Positions 17,313-27,382 of a stretch of 43,200 nt of DNA are shown here, in pieces. Location: positions 1 through 43,200 of the forward strand of contig DAOURL010000002.1 in the NCBI GenBank assembly GCA_030625165.1, written 5' to 3'. The notes beneath the pieces are model-generated. The model saw only the letters and a list, made by a program, of their open reading frames with translations. It searched no databases and was not told where the DNA came from. The stretch comes from Methanosarcinales archaeon (lineage in GTDB: Archaea; Halobacteriota; Methanosarcinia; Methanosarcinales; Methanogasteraceae). The position numbers and the translations under genes are program-made. Each line of letters opens with the position of its first letter. The stretch's first letter is position 1.

Positions 17313-20027
17313 TCAAACCCGGTTCTCATCATAATACCGGTCCAGAATCTCGACGATATTCCGCACCTCACAGTCCACCCTGTTCTTCGCAAGACCGTGC
17401 CTGAACTGGAGTTCGCAACTCGGGCAGGTGGTGACAACCACATCAGGATCGATCTTTCGGATATCGTTAAGTTTCCTCTCGAATATCCTCGCAGAGAGGT
17501 CCGAATGCAAGAAACTGTATGTGCCAGCCCCGCCGCAGCACCCATCCCCGAGTTCGACAAACTCTGATACAACCTTCGCAAGTATCCCGCCCCCGTTCCC
17601 AACGCCAGCAGCGGCGAGATGGCAGGGGTTGTGATATGCTGCACGGATATCAAGTTTCTTTCCCGAAAACATGCTATCGTCAAGATGCTTCGCAAGAAAC
17701 TCGCCGATATCATAAGTGATCGACGATACCCTCGCCGCGGCGTCGCCCAGTTCGTCCCCTTCCAGCAGCTCCCCGAATTTCTTAAGCATCATGGTGCAGG
17801 AGGCGCACGAGGTCACGATGGCATCGTATCTCTCGTCAGCGAATGTGGCGACGTTCTTCCTTGCGGTCTCCTTTACCAGATCGTAAAGCCCTTCCTCGAT
17901 CATCGGAAGCCCGCAGCACTGCTGCTCCGGGATAAAGACATTGAATCCACCCTTTGCAAGCACCCTGATCATCGAATCGATGACTTGATCATCGAATAGC
18001 GCGGATGCACACCCCACAAACACCGCGACATTCATCGCATCCGGATTCTGTTCCTGCACACACTCATCGAGTACCAGCGGTTCTCTCCTGATCTTCGGAA
18101 GATCCCTCCCAAGGAGCGTTCCTGCCACCGGCATTGCGATTCTCCCAAAGAACCGGGAATACCGCTCGAATCGGTTGTAATTAGATGCCCATATACGCAT
18201 CGCCTGTCTGGCATACAGGGGCGGGGTCTTCTGGGAAAAGAGCAGTTCTCCGATACTCGCATGGCTCGGGCATCTGGTCGCGCACCGGAGACAGCCGAGA
18301 CATGCGCCAAGCATCTTTCCTGCACTGCGCGACTCGCCATGCCCTGGATTTTCGAGTTTTCGGAACCTCGCAAGCTGTAGAAACGACCTCGAACCCGATT
18401 CTCCTTTCAATGTGATCGATATCGGGCAGACCGATTTGCAGTACCCGCAGTTGATGCACTTTTTTTCAAATCTGTTTATATATTCTGTTGGGTATTTTAT
18501 ATCATCCGTGATCTGCCTGTCGCTGAAGATTACATCAGGATTCAGGATGTCGTCAGGGTCAAAAATCTCCTTTATCTGCTGCATGTAACCGTATATCCTT
18601 CCACCCCACTCTTTTTTGAGGAACATCGTCCTGAGTCTGCCCATCCCGTGCTCGCCGGTCATGGTGCCGCCATACTTGAATACGACATCGTAAACCCTGT
18701 CCACCAGTTCAGGCAGCATATCGATGTTTTTTGGGTCGTTTAAGTTCAGCATCGGTCTGATATGCAGATTCCCTGATCCTGCGTGTCCGTAGACTGCAGA
18801 AGTTATGCCATATTCATCGAATATCTCATGCAGATCGCATATCAGCGGTGCAAGATCGGGTACGCTAACAGCAACGTCATCGATGAACGCATCCGGCTTC
18901 ATATCCTCATCATAGTTTGTCAGGATCGGGACAAGCGCTTTTCTGACAACCCATATCCTTTCCTGCACTTCTTCGTCCTCTGATTCGGAAAAAATTAAAC
19001 AAACATCATACCGCTCATGAATCATCCGTTCAAGATCGTCTATCTTTGATTTTCGGTCGTCGCCCTCGAATTCAACGAAGAGCGCACGTGCATTCGCAGG
19101 TATGCCCATATCGGGATGCTCTGCCCGGACAATTTCAAGAGAGGTTGAGTCCATCATCTCGATCTTTACAGGATCGAGTTTCTTGATGTGCTGGACTGCA
19201 TCACCGGCATCGTATAACTTTTTGAAGTATATCGCACTGATAGCCGTTCCCGATACAAGCGGGAGAACCTTCAGTCGTATTCGTGTGAAGATACCAAGAG
19301 TTCCGACGCTTCCGGACATCAGATGTGCGATCATACCGCCGATGTGGTCATGATCAAGCATCGCCCTGATATTATATCCGCTTGCAGTTTTTACGTCCCT
19401 TTTCGATTCGAGGTGTGCTATTGTATCGGTGTCAGCAAGTATCTGATTTTTTAGTCCGAGTAATCCGCCTGATATCCTGTCAGGAATGGTCTCTGCTCTG
19501 GCGGTATCGATGATCTCGCCGTCTGCTGATACAAACTCCACATCGGTCACGTAATCGTCTGTGGTTCCGTACTTCACAGACTTCGCCCCGCTCGCCTTCG
19601 TCCCGATATTGCCACCTATCATACAGATCTCAGAACTTGACGGGTCTGACGGGAGAAATAACCCTTTTTCACCGAGATATGCCTGAAGGTCATTTATTAC
19701 GACTCCTGGCTCCACATCAACAAAGAACTCCCCGTCTTTCTCCACAATATCAAAAATGCGGTTCATTTTCTTCGAGATATCCAGAATAATCCCCTTGCCA
19801 AGGCAGCTTCCTGCGAGATTGGTTCCGGCAGCCCTTGCTGTGACGGAAATTCCAAGTTCCTTTGCCGCCTTCACACACACGCTAACGTCTTCTGCATCTG
19901 CCGGGCAGACCACTGCAGACGGCAGGACCTGATAGATGCTCGCATCGGTTGAGTAGCAGTACAGCGTCGCAAGATCGGTGTACACCTCACCTCTGACGTT
20001 TTGGAGTGCTTTTTTGGTGTGGTTCAT
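17313..20027 (-). CDS. FAD-linked (2-hydroxyacid) oxidoreductase fused to Fe-S and CCG domains (GlcD-GlcF / D-lactate dehydrogenase type)
   Basis: DASIY, GSVGTLG, HAGSGNLH, GEHGMG; two CxxCxxCxxxCP ferredoxin motifs; CCG domains (QCCGLP, HNPCHL, CCGGAG, CPSC). Confidence 0.9.
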   Translation of the reverse strand: MNHTKKALQNVRGEVYTDLATLYCYSTDASIYQVLPSAVVCPADAEDVSVCVKAAKELGISVTARAAGTNLAGSCLGKGIILDISKKMNRIFDIVEKDGEFFVDVEPGVVINDLQAYLGEKGLFLPSDPSSSEICMIGGNIGTKASGAKSVKYGTTDDYVTDVEFVSADGEIIDTARAETIPDRISGGLLGLKNQILADTDTIAHLESKRDVKTASGYNIRAMLDHDHIGGMIAHLMSGSVGTLGIFTRIRLKVLPLVSGTAISAIYFKKLYDAGDAVQHIKKLDPVKIEMMDSTSLEIVRAEHPDMGIPANARALFVEFEGDDRKSKIDDLERMIHERYDVCLIFSESEDEEVQERIWVVRKALVPILTNYDEDMKPDAFIDDVAVSVPDLAPLICDLHEIFDEYGITSAVYGHAGSGNLHIRPMLNLNDPKNIDMLPELVDRVYDVVFKYGGTMTGEHGMGRLRTMFLKKEWGGRIYGYMQQIKEIFDPDDILNPDVIFSDRQITDDIKYPTEYINRFEKKCINCGYCKSVCPISITLKGESGSRSFLQLARFRKLENPGHGESRSAGKMLGACLGCLRCATRCPSHASIGELLFSQKTPPLYARQAMRIWASNYNRFERYSRFFGRIAMPVAGTLLGRDLPKIRREPLVLDECVQEQNPDAMNVAVFVGCASALFDDQVIDSMIRVLAKGGFNVFIPEQQCCGLPMIEEGLYDLVKETARKNVATFADERYDAIVTSCASCTMMLKKFGELLEGDELGDAAARVSSITYDIGEFLAKHLDDSMFSGKKLDIRAAYHNPCHLAAAGVGNGGGILAKVVSEFVELGDGCCGGAGTYSFLHSDLSARIFERKLNDIRKIDPDVVVTTCPSCELQFRHGLAKNRVDCEVRNIVEILDRYYDENRV

Positions 20028-20061
20028 CCTTTACCCTCCGGATCGAAGACAACGTATTCAT

Positions 20062-20088
20062 AATCTCTGAAATCTCTGAAATCTCTGA
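20062..20088. repeat. 9-bp tandem repeat AATCTCTGA x3
   Basis: Read directly, about 35 bp upstream of the oxidoreductase start. Confidence 0.8.
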
Positions 20089-20229
20089 ACTTCTTACTGG
20101 CATCAATCTTTCTGGCGATTATTACATAATACTCCCCTCTATTTTTGTTCCCATCCCATCAACCCATGCCTTCAGAGCCCCTGAAATGCAAAGATTATAA
20201 GTCCATAACGCGCATATATCGAGGCATAC

Positions 20230-21300
20230 ATGTTCGATCCACAAACACTCGTCGTCCCTGACGGCACCAGGATGGAGGAGCGTACTATTGTGGTTGACGG
20301 TGGTGCGATCATCGGTGGCAGTACCAGCATCGAATACGGCGTCATCGCAGATGAGATCACGATCGGTGAGAACGTGAAGATCTATGGCGAGGTCTCTGCA
20401 CGTTCGGATGTTTACATCGACCGCCGGTCTGAGATCGGAGGCACTGTGCGTGCGAATGGCGACGCCCATCTTGGCGAGTTTACGAAGATCGATGGCAAAC
20501 TCGCTGTCGCAGGCAATCTTGACATCGGGGATCATGTATCGATCAAGGACGGATTCGAGGCGAGGGGCTGGATCACGATCAGAAACCCAATACCGCTCAT
20601 CATCTTCCTGTATCTGTACCTGAGTGAGCTGATACGCAGCGGCAAGGACGAAGAGGTAGAAAGAGCATTGGATGATCTCTTTTCCGATGATTCGGATGGT
20701 GTCGATACCCCGATGATGATACTGCCTGCCAAATCCAGAATCACGCTCAGCGCGATCGAAACAGGTAAGCCCGCACATATCGGAGACGACTGCCGGCTGC
20801 AAGGCAACATCCGTGCAGAATCGGTAGCTATGGGCAGCAACATAACCTTATTCGGAAGCATCAGGGCTAAAGACATCACGATCCGTGAAAATTGTATTGT
20901 TCATGGGAATATCGATGCGAGTGGTAACGTCAGCATCGGTAGTGGCAACCACGTGCTTGGCGATCTCCGTGCACAGGCTATCAATATCCATCGCAGCGCG
21001 GTAGTGGACGGCACGATGGACGCACCCCGCGGCATTGTGGTCGAGGAGACTGTAAGCGAGGTGGAAGAAGCAAGAAAGCCAGAAGCGGTTGAAAAGCAAA
21101 AAGAAGTGGGAACGCCAGAAGCGGAAGCAAAAGTAGGGGTAAAGAGAGCGAAGGATAAGAAATATGCAAGATCCGACAGAAATAGAGGACGAAAGCAATT
21201 TACAAAACCGCGAAGCAGGAGAGACAAACATAGTAGGGCGAAGGGGTATGGACGTGGGCAGAGATATTACGTACGAAGACGTGGCACAGAGCGTCATTGA
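20230..21300 (+). CDS. Bactofilin-like beta-helix (polymer-forming) protein with a long basic C-terminal tail
   Basis: Two blocks of IxGxV/IxGxI beta-helix repeats around GFEARGWITIRNPIP; Lys/Arg-rich tail. Confidence 0.75.
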   Translation: MFDPQTLVVPDGTRMEERTIVVDGGAIIGGSTSIEYGVIADEITIGENVKIYGEVSARSDVYIDRRSEIGGTVRANGDAHLGEFTKIDGKLAVAGNLDIGDHVSIKDGFEARGWITIRNPIPLIIFLYLYLSELIRSGKDEEVERALDDLFSDDSDGVDTPMMILPAKSRITLSAIETGKPAHIGDDCRLQGNIRAESVAMGSNITLFGSIRAKDITIRENCIVHGNIDASGNVSIGSGNHVLGDLRAQAINIHRSAVVDGTMDAPRGIVVEETVSEVEEARKPEAVEKQKEVGTPEAEAKVGVKRAKDKKYARSDRNRGRKQFTKPRSRRDKHSRAKGYGRGQRYYVRRRGTERH

Positions 21301-22111
21301 CCTGCTTCTGAGGGCTGAGACCCGGCTTCCCGACGACGTGACCGCAGCACTAACGGATGCGCACGGGCGCGAGACCGATCCCACCGCAAGAGCGCAGATC
21401 GAGGCGATTCTTGAGAACATCGAACTCGCAGCGGCGCGAAAAGTTCCGATCTGCCAGGATACCGGAATACTGATATTCTTTGTCGAGATCGGAAGGGATT
21501 GCACGATTGATTTTAATATTAAGGATGCGATACGGGACGGTGTTAAAAAAGCAACCGAGATCGTACCGCTCAGACCAAACGCGGTGCATCCGACCAGGAG
21601 AGAGCCGTCCGGAAACGTTGGAATCGGACTGCCTGACATCATTCTTGATATCAGCGAGGGGGACCGCATAAGAATTACTGTGATGCCGAAAGGTGCTGGA
21701 AGTGAGAATGTGAGTCGGCTTGCGATGCTTAACCCCTCGCAGGTAGCGGATATCAAGCGGTTCGTACTCGAGACCGTCGCAGATGCCGGAGGGAAGCCGT
21801 GTCCCCCCATAATCGTTGGTGTCGGGATCGGCGGATCCTTTGACAAGGCAGCCCGCCTTGCAAAGAAGGCGTTACTGCGTGAAATCTACGATAACGCCTC
21901 CGGCGTCGACGCTTGCACTATGGACGATTTCGAGCTGGAGATACTCGATGCGATCAATTCACTCGGCATCGGCACGATGGGGCTTGGCGGAGATATCACC
22001 GCGCTTGCCGTGCATATCGAGTATGCGCACTGCCACACCGCATCGCTTCCTGTTGCTGTGAACATCCAGTGCTGGGCGAACCGGAGAGCGAGCGTGGAAC
22101 TTGGCAGGTGA
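21248..22111 (+). CDS. fumA: Fe-S hydro-lyase alpha subunit (class I fumarate hydratase alpha)
   Basis: PICQDTG, PLRPNAV, PKGAGSEN, GKPCPP, HCHTASLPVAVNIQCWA; likely start ATG at 21248 after AAGGGG. Confidence 0.88.
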   Translation: MDVGRDITYEDVAQSVIDLLLRAETRLPDDVTAALTDAHGRETDPTARAQIEAILENIELAAARKVPICQDTGILIFFVEIGRDCTIDFNIKDAIRDGVKKATEIVPLRPNAVHPTRREPSGNVGIGLPDIILDISEGDRIRITVMPKGAGSENVSRLAMLNPSQVADIKRFVLETVADAGGKPCPPIIVGVGIGGSFDKAARLAKKALLREIYDNASGVDACTMDDFELEILDAINSLGIGTMGLGGDITALAVHIEYAHCHTASLPVAVNIQCWANRRASVELGR

Positions 22112-22132
22112 TCTTTCTGGCGTCTTGTGGTA

Positions 22133-22437
22133 GGTCTTTGGTAACGACTCTGTCGTCGACGCTTGCGTTATCTCGCGTCGCAGTGACCAAAAACCCGGAG
22201 ACTTTTTGATATTTTCGAAATAGGGTTTTTTGGAAAACCACAGAGGACACAGAGTGACACAGAGGGGGCGAAAGATGAAAATAACAACTCTCTGTGATCC
22301 TCTGTGCTCTCTGTGGTTTAATCTTCCTTAACGCCGAAGGCGTCGATGCTCGATCTTGAGAATGTCGACACCGCATTACCATAACCGGATCCTTGTGAAG
22401 TGAAAAAGTGCATGCATTCACGAATTACCAGAGAGCC
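22133..22437. mobile_element. MITE family A, copy 2 (inverted), carrying two nested micro-insertions
   Basis: Aligns with the reverse complement of 13060-13287 once 22144-22170 and 22331-22378 are removed (230 vs 228 bp); degenerate 9-bp target duplication CTTGTGGTA / TTTGTGGTT. Confidence 0.85.
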
Positions 22438-22537
22438 TTTGTGGTTTCATTATGCCACTTCGCATCCCTGACCGGGAAAACAACTCCCATAATCCACGCG
22501 ACCGTTAAGATGCAAACAGGATGATACAGATGCATAA

Positions 22538-24142
22538 ATGTTCGAACCAGCCTGCCGCGAGATCCTTGAGCAGATCCTGAATCACGGGATAACAAGCGAG
22601 CGTGAGCTTGATGCCGCCAAGAAGCGGGTCAGCGCAAAGTACAAACTCCGGAGTCTCCCAAAGAATTCGGAGATCCTTCTGCTCTGCTCTGCGGATGAGC
22701 GTGCCCGTGCGATCCATCTGTTGCAGCGAAAGTCGGTCCGCACGATATCAGGCGTTGCCGTGGTTGCGGTGATGACTTCGCCGCACCCGTGCCCGCATGG
22801 CGCATGTATCCCGTGCCCGGGCGGTCCCGCATCCGAATTCCAGACACCGCAGAGTTATATGGGCAGAGAGCCCGCCACGATGCGTGCGATCCAGTGCGGC
22901 TACGATCCGTACAAGCAGGTGGCAGTCCGGCTGCGGCAGTTGCAGAGCATCGGGCATCCGGTAGACAAGGTCGAACTGATCGTGATGGGCGGGACGTTCA
23001 CAGCCCGCCCGCCGGATTACCAGCAGTGGTTTGTCGGGCGGTCGATTTCGGCTATGAACGATTTTGGTGGCGCGGGCGTGCCCGATCAGGATATCGATCT
23101 CGATATCGAATCCGTGATTGACATGAACGAGACCGCTGCGGTCAGGAATATCGGGATCACCTTTGAAACCCGCCCGGATCACCTGTCCACCGTGGAGATC
23201 GACCGCCTGCTCGAGATGGGCGCAACGAAGGTGGAAGTCGGGGTTCAGAGCATCTATGACCGCGTACTCGAGAAGATCGATCGCGGGCATACCGTGCAGG
23301 ACGCAATCGCTGCCAACAAGCGTTTGCGTGACAGCGGGCTTAAGGTCGGATTCCATATAATGGTCGGGCTTCCCGGATCTGGTGCCAACGATGACCTGAA
23401 CATGTTTAAGACGCTCTTTAACGATCCTGCGTTCTGCCCTGACCACCTGAAGATCTATCCCACGCTAGTCACCGAGGGAACCGTGCTCCACCGGTGGTGG
23501 AAGGATGGCAGCTACCAGTCGCTTGACAACGTTTCAGCGATCGGGCTGCTCGCAGATATCAAGAGCGTGCTTCCAAAATGGGTGCGGCTGCAGCGGATCC
23601 AGCGGGACATTCCCGCGCAGCAGATCGCGGCAGGTGTCACAAAGAGCAACATCCGCCAGCTTGCAGAAGAGCGGCTCAGGTCGATGGGTGGGTCATGCAG
23701 GTGCATCAGGTGCCGCGAGGTCGGACATGCATCGCTGCACGGAAGGGTGCCTGAGAAGATTGAACTGTTGATCGAGACGTACAGTGCATGTGGCGGAACC
23801 GAGCACTTCATATCGTTTGAAGATACGGAAAACAATATCCTGATCGGTTTTCTGCGGCTGCGGTTCCCGGATTCTCCGCACCGGATAGAACTAGCAAACG
23901 CTGCTCTCGTGCGTGAACTGGTGGTGTACGGGAGGATGGTGCCATTGGGTGAAGAATCCAGCCCTCGTAGGGATCAGTGGCAGCACAGGGGTTACGGGCG
24001 TGAACTGCTCGCTGCTGCAGAGGATCTTGCATCCAAGCACGGATTTTCAAAAATCGCGGTTACAAGTGGTATCGGTGTGCGTGAGTATTACAGGAAGCGC
24101 GGTTATGTGCGCGAGGGCGCATACATGGTGAAGTACCTTTAA
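22538..24142 (+). CDS. elp3: Elp3 tRNA U34 carboxymethyltransferase (radical SAM + GNAT)
   Basis: RTISGVAVVAVMT, CPHGACIPCPGG, ETRPD, KIYPTLV, CRCIRCRE, WQHRGYG motifs. Confidence 0.96.
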   Translation: MFEPACREILEQILNHGITSERELDAAKKRVSAKYKLRSLPKNSEILLLCSADERARAIHLLQRKSVRTISGVAVVAVMTSPHPCPHGACIPCPGGPASEFQTPQSYMGREPATMRAIQCGYDPYKQVAVRLRQLQSIGHPVDKVELIVMGGTFTARPPDYQQWFVGRSISAMNDFGGAGVPDQDIDLDIESVIDMNETAAVRNIGITFETRPDHLSTVEIDRLLEMGATKVEVGVQSIYDRVLEKIDRGHTVQDAIAANKRLRDSGLKVGFHIMVGLPGSGANDDLNMFKTLFNDPAFCPDHLKIYPTLVTEGTVLHRWWKDGSYQSLDNVSAIGLLADIKSVLPKWVRLQRIQRDIPAQQIAAGVTKSNIRQLAEERLRSMGGSCRCIRCREVGHASLHGRVPEKIELLIETYSACGGTEHFISFEDTENNILIGFLRLRFPDSPHRIELANAALVRELVVYGRMVPLGEESSPRRDQWQHRGYGRELLAAAEDLASKHGFSKIAVTSGIGVREYYRKRGYVREGAYMVKYL

Positions 24143-24315
24143 CCGGGCCAGGTTCCGTACTGAAACCCAAGAGCGATCGCGAATATGCCAGCGACAACAG
24201 CGATTACGACAACGGTCTTTGGATTGATGCGTATCGCGGTCTCGTCTGCCTCGTAATATCTCATCAGACCCGCAGAAGACATAAGTCCGCTGCCGCTTGC
24301 TTTCTTTTTAGCCAT
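24139..24315 (-). CDS. secG: Preprotein translocase subunit Sec61beta
   Basis: MAKKKASGSGLMSSAGLMRYYEAD...INPKTVV followed by one transmembrane helix. Confidence 0.92.
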   Translation of the reverse strand: MAKKKASGSGLMSSAGLMRYYEADETAIRINPKTVVVIAVVAGIFAIALGFQYGTWPG

Positions 24316-24409
24316 TGATGTCATTATCTCTGGCGATGTTACATAAACGTTTCTACCCTTAGATGAAGGGTTACTTTATTATGTATCTGCTACAGAATAT
24401 ACCTATTAC

Positions 24410-24787
24410 ATGAGTGTAAGGATTATGGCTGTGGACGATGAACCGGATACGGTAGACCTGATCACACTGGTGCTTGAAAATGAGGGATATGAGGTGCTGC
24501 CAGCTTACAGCGGCAGAGATGCGTTGGAAATGCTTAAAGATACAAAACCCGATCTGATCCTGCTGGATATTATGATGGAAGATATCGATGGCTGGGGGGT
24601 GTACGAATCAATCCGTAAAAACAAGGAAACGAAGAATATTCCGGTGGTGATGCTCACAGCAAAGGCGCAGTCCATCGATAAGATGATCGGTCTGCATGTT
24701 GTCGGGGTCGATGAATATATCACCAAGCCATTCGGTCACAGAGAGTTGATCGATGGTATAAAGAAGCACCTGCCAGTGACTGGATGA
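24410..24787 (+). CDS. Single-domain response regulator receiver
   Basis: VDDE, LLDIMM, MLTAK, YITKPF motifs. Confidence 0.92.
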   Translation: MSVRIMAVDDEPDTVDLITLVLENEGYEVLPAYSGRDALEMLKDTKPDLILLDIMMEDIDGWGVYESIRKNKETKNIPVVMLTAKAQSIDKMIGLHVVGVDEYITKPFGHRELIDGIKKHLPVTG

Positions 24788-24794
24788 GGGTGAG

Positions 24795-25229
24795 ATGGAC
24801 TACAAGGCGGGCTCGATTGGCAGGGTGTTCATCGCACGCATCGATCATGATGAGGATCTGCTTGACGAACTCGTCAAACTCGCAAGATCAGAAGAGATCA
24901 GCTATGCATTCTTCATGCTGATAGGTGCGGTTAAGAATATGCAGGTCGTGACCGGACCGAAGGAGGACACTGTCCCGCCGGATCCGATGTGGCGCTCGAT
25001 CACGGGTGCTTGCGAGATACTCGGCATCGGAAACATCCTCTGGAAGGACGGGAACCCGAGCATCCATCTCCATGCCGCGCTTGGTAAGGGAAACGACGTG
25101 ACTGTCGGCTGTCTGCGTGATAGCGTCGATGCATACCTCACCACCGAAGCCATCATATTCGAGATATCAGGCATCGCTGCAGAACGGGTGTACGACGACA
25201 AGTACGGGATTGCACGGATGGTGTTATGA
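24795..25229 (+). CDS. PPC domain (DUF296) protein
   Basis: IGAV...EILGIGNI...IHLHAALG...GCL pattern. Confidence 0.85.
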   Translation: MDYKAGSIGRVFIARIDHDEDLLDELVKLARSEEISYAFFMLIGAVKNMQVVTGPKEDTVPPDPMWRSITGACEILGIGNILWKDGNPSIHLHAALGKGNDVTVGCLRDSVDAYLTTEAIIFEISGIAAERVYDDKYGIARMVL

Positions 25230-26392
25230 TGAAATATCTATATCAGGACTCTGTAAAACTCCCCACCGATCGTGATTTCATTCACGATCTGGAGGCGCTA
25301 CTGGACGTGACCGCGGCGGTAGTTCCGCTTGAAGACGAGATCATCTCGGCTAATAACGAAGTGGAAGAGAGCCACCATGCGAAGGATAGGAAAATCGCAG
25401 GGCTGAGAACATTCGAAAGCGAGGTGACGAGGCAGATGAACGAGATCGTCAGGGATGGCGGCATCGATGAGATGCAGGTCTGCAAGAATGCGATCATAGA
25501 TGTGTGTGCATCATGCGTGGATCAGCAGAAGGCAAAGATCGATTCCGAGTCTGATACGTCACTAACTGATCTGGCTGAGAAGATCGACCTCAACGCGGAG
25601 CGTATCTGCAAGATACTCAGTCCGTTTCTCGAATTCGGCGTGTATGGCGCCAGATTTACATATTCGCTCGAATCGGAGGGGAAGAAGGGGCTCCACGGCG
25701 AGTTCAAAGCAGATCTGGGCGAGCTATCATTCGCTTATGAACTGCGGTTTAAGGATGCGGTCACTGTGAAGCAGCTGGTTGGTTCGTTCGCAATTCCGGT
25801 ACCGAAAAAGGCAGGGATATTCCACAGTGAAGAAGCGGTTAAGATGATAGACATGTCGAATCACCGTTTGGATGACGTTAAATACATAAATAACCAGATA
25901 ACCGCAGAATTTAAGGATAAGAGGGGCGCAAAAATAGTCCGTATCGAGATGAAAACTGCCACCGAGGATTATTCGATAGTATATGAAGGTGCAGAGCCGG
26001 TCAATCTGACAAGAGACGAATTGGTCTCAAAAGAGATCGATAGCAAGGGGGTCATAGACCTCATGCATGCGGTGACCGGTTATGTGAAGGATAACAGAAG
26101 ACGCGAGGTTGCGACGCTTGTGAGACTGACGTTTAATGGCATGAATGTGATCAGGGAACCGCTCGTCTCTGATGCGCTGAAGGTCATACTCGCGGAATAC
26201 GGCAGATTCGCAAACGAATGTATCGCACACGGGGCGGCAAAGGACGAATTCGTGATAAAGATCGAATCGGACGACGGTACAAGGACTGAGAAATACATGT
26301 CGATCTCGACGGTCAAGGATCATCTGCTCGGGATCGGGGAAGCGGGCGCGGAACTGGCGGATGCATTCGGACTGGGGACAAGCGCGTCATGA
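25226..26392 (+). CDS. Hypothetical protein (helical/coiled N-terminus, beta-rich C-terminus)
   Basis: 388-aa ORF with backbone-like codon usage, translationally coupled to the PPC gene; family not recognised. Confidence 0.75.
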   Translation: MMKYLYQDSVKLPTDRDFIHDLEALLDVTAAVVPLEDEIISANNEVEESHHAKDRKIAGLRTFESEVTRQMNEIVRDGGIDEMQVCKNAIIDVCASCVDQQKAKIDSESDTSLTDLAEKIDLNAERICKILSPFLEFGVYGARFTYSLESEGKKGLHGEFKADLGELSFAYELRFKDAVTVKQLVGSFAIPVPKKAGIFHSEEAVKMIDMSNHRLDDVKYINNQITAEFKDKRGAKIVRIEMKTATEDYSIVYEGAEPVNLTRDELVSKEIDSKGVIDLMHAVTGYVKDNRRREVATLVRLTFNGMNVIREPLVSDALKVILAEYGRFANECIAHGAAKDEFVIKIESDDGTRTEKYMSISTVKDHLLGIGEAGAELADAFGLGTSAS

Positions 26393-26579
26393 CAATGTGT
26401 AGGAACTGCCGTGCCCTGTGGTTGTGGTGCTGACAGTCCCACCACAAGCCATATAGTACACCCTCAGGTATAATACTTATGAATGTATTCATAAACCTGG
26501 GACGGGGATTTTCACTCCTCAAAGTTATTGTAAGAATGTTTTTAAATCTATTGAACGGTAATAGGAGTGTGATCCAAGT

Positions 26580-27338
26580 ATGATTGACCAATTTAATGAT
26601 ACCGATAAGATAAAAATTGCTTTGCTGATAGATGGAGATAATGCACAAGCGACTCTAATTGAAAAAATCTTAGCTGAAACGGGTAAACACGGACCAATTA
26701 CGATAAGACGTATTTATGGCGACTGGACTACACCAAATATGAATAGGTGGAAAGAGACTTTAAATAATCTTGCAATTCAACCAATTCAACAGTTCCGTTA
26801 TACTGTTGGCAAGAACTCCACAGATAGTGCTATGATTATTGATGCAATGGATATCCTTCATGACGGTTCAGTAGAAGGTTTTTGTATCGTTTCCAGTGAC
26901 AGTGATTATACAAGACTTGCAACTAGAATCCGTGAAAGTGGTATTTTTGTGATGGGGATTGGTAAAAGCACAACACCAAAGGCATTCGTAAACGCATGCA
27001 AAATGTTCATTTATACTGAAAATCTAACATCCGGAGATTCTATCCCGGGAAATGAAACGGGATCAACGCGTTCATTAACAACCGGTGAAAAAGCGAAAGT
27101 AGCGGATCCGATTCCATTACTCAAAGAAGCTTTTGAAATGGCTTTAGGGGAGGATAGTTGGGCACATTTGAGTGCGATGGGAAATTGTTTACTCCAGTTA
27201 GATCCGGGTTTTGATCCAAGGTCGTATGGATACAAACAATTATCCCTACTTGTTAAGGCGCATTCAAATTTATTTGAATTAAAAAATATCAAGATGAAAA
27301 ATGGCCCTGATGTTTTTTATATAAAAATCAAAGATTAG
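26580..27338 (+). CDS. NYN-domain (LabA/DUF88) ribonuclease with OST-HTH/LOTUS domain
   Basis: LIDGDN, RIYGDW, GKNSTDSAMIIDAMD, SSDSDYTRL, FDPRSYGYKQLS motifs; AT-rich. Confidence 0.92.
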   Translation: MIDQFNDTDKIKIALLIDGDNAQATLIEKILAETGKHGPITIRRIYGDWTTPNMNRWKETLNNLAIQPIQQFRYTVGKNSTDSAMIIDAMDILHDGSVEGFCIVSSDSDYTRLATRIRESGIFVMGIGKSTTPKAFVNACKMFIYTENLTSGDSIPGNETGSTRSLTTGEKAKVADPIPLLKEAFEMALGEDSWAHLSAMGNCLLQLDPGFDPRSYGYKQLSLLVKAHSNLFELKNIKMKNGPDVFYIKIKD

Positions 27339-27382
27339 AAATTTTTAGCTTCACAGAGTTGGCGAATAATTTAAGAAAAATT

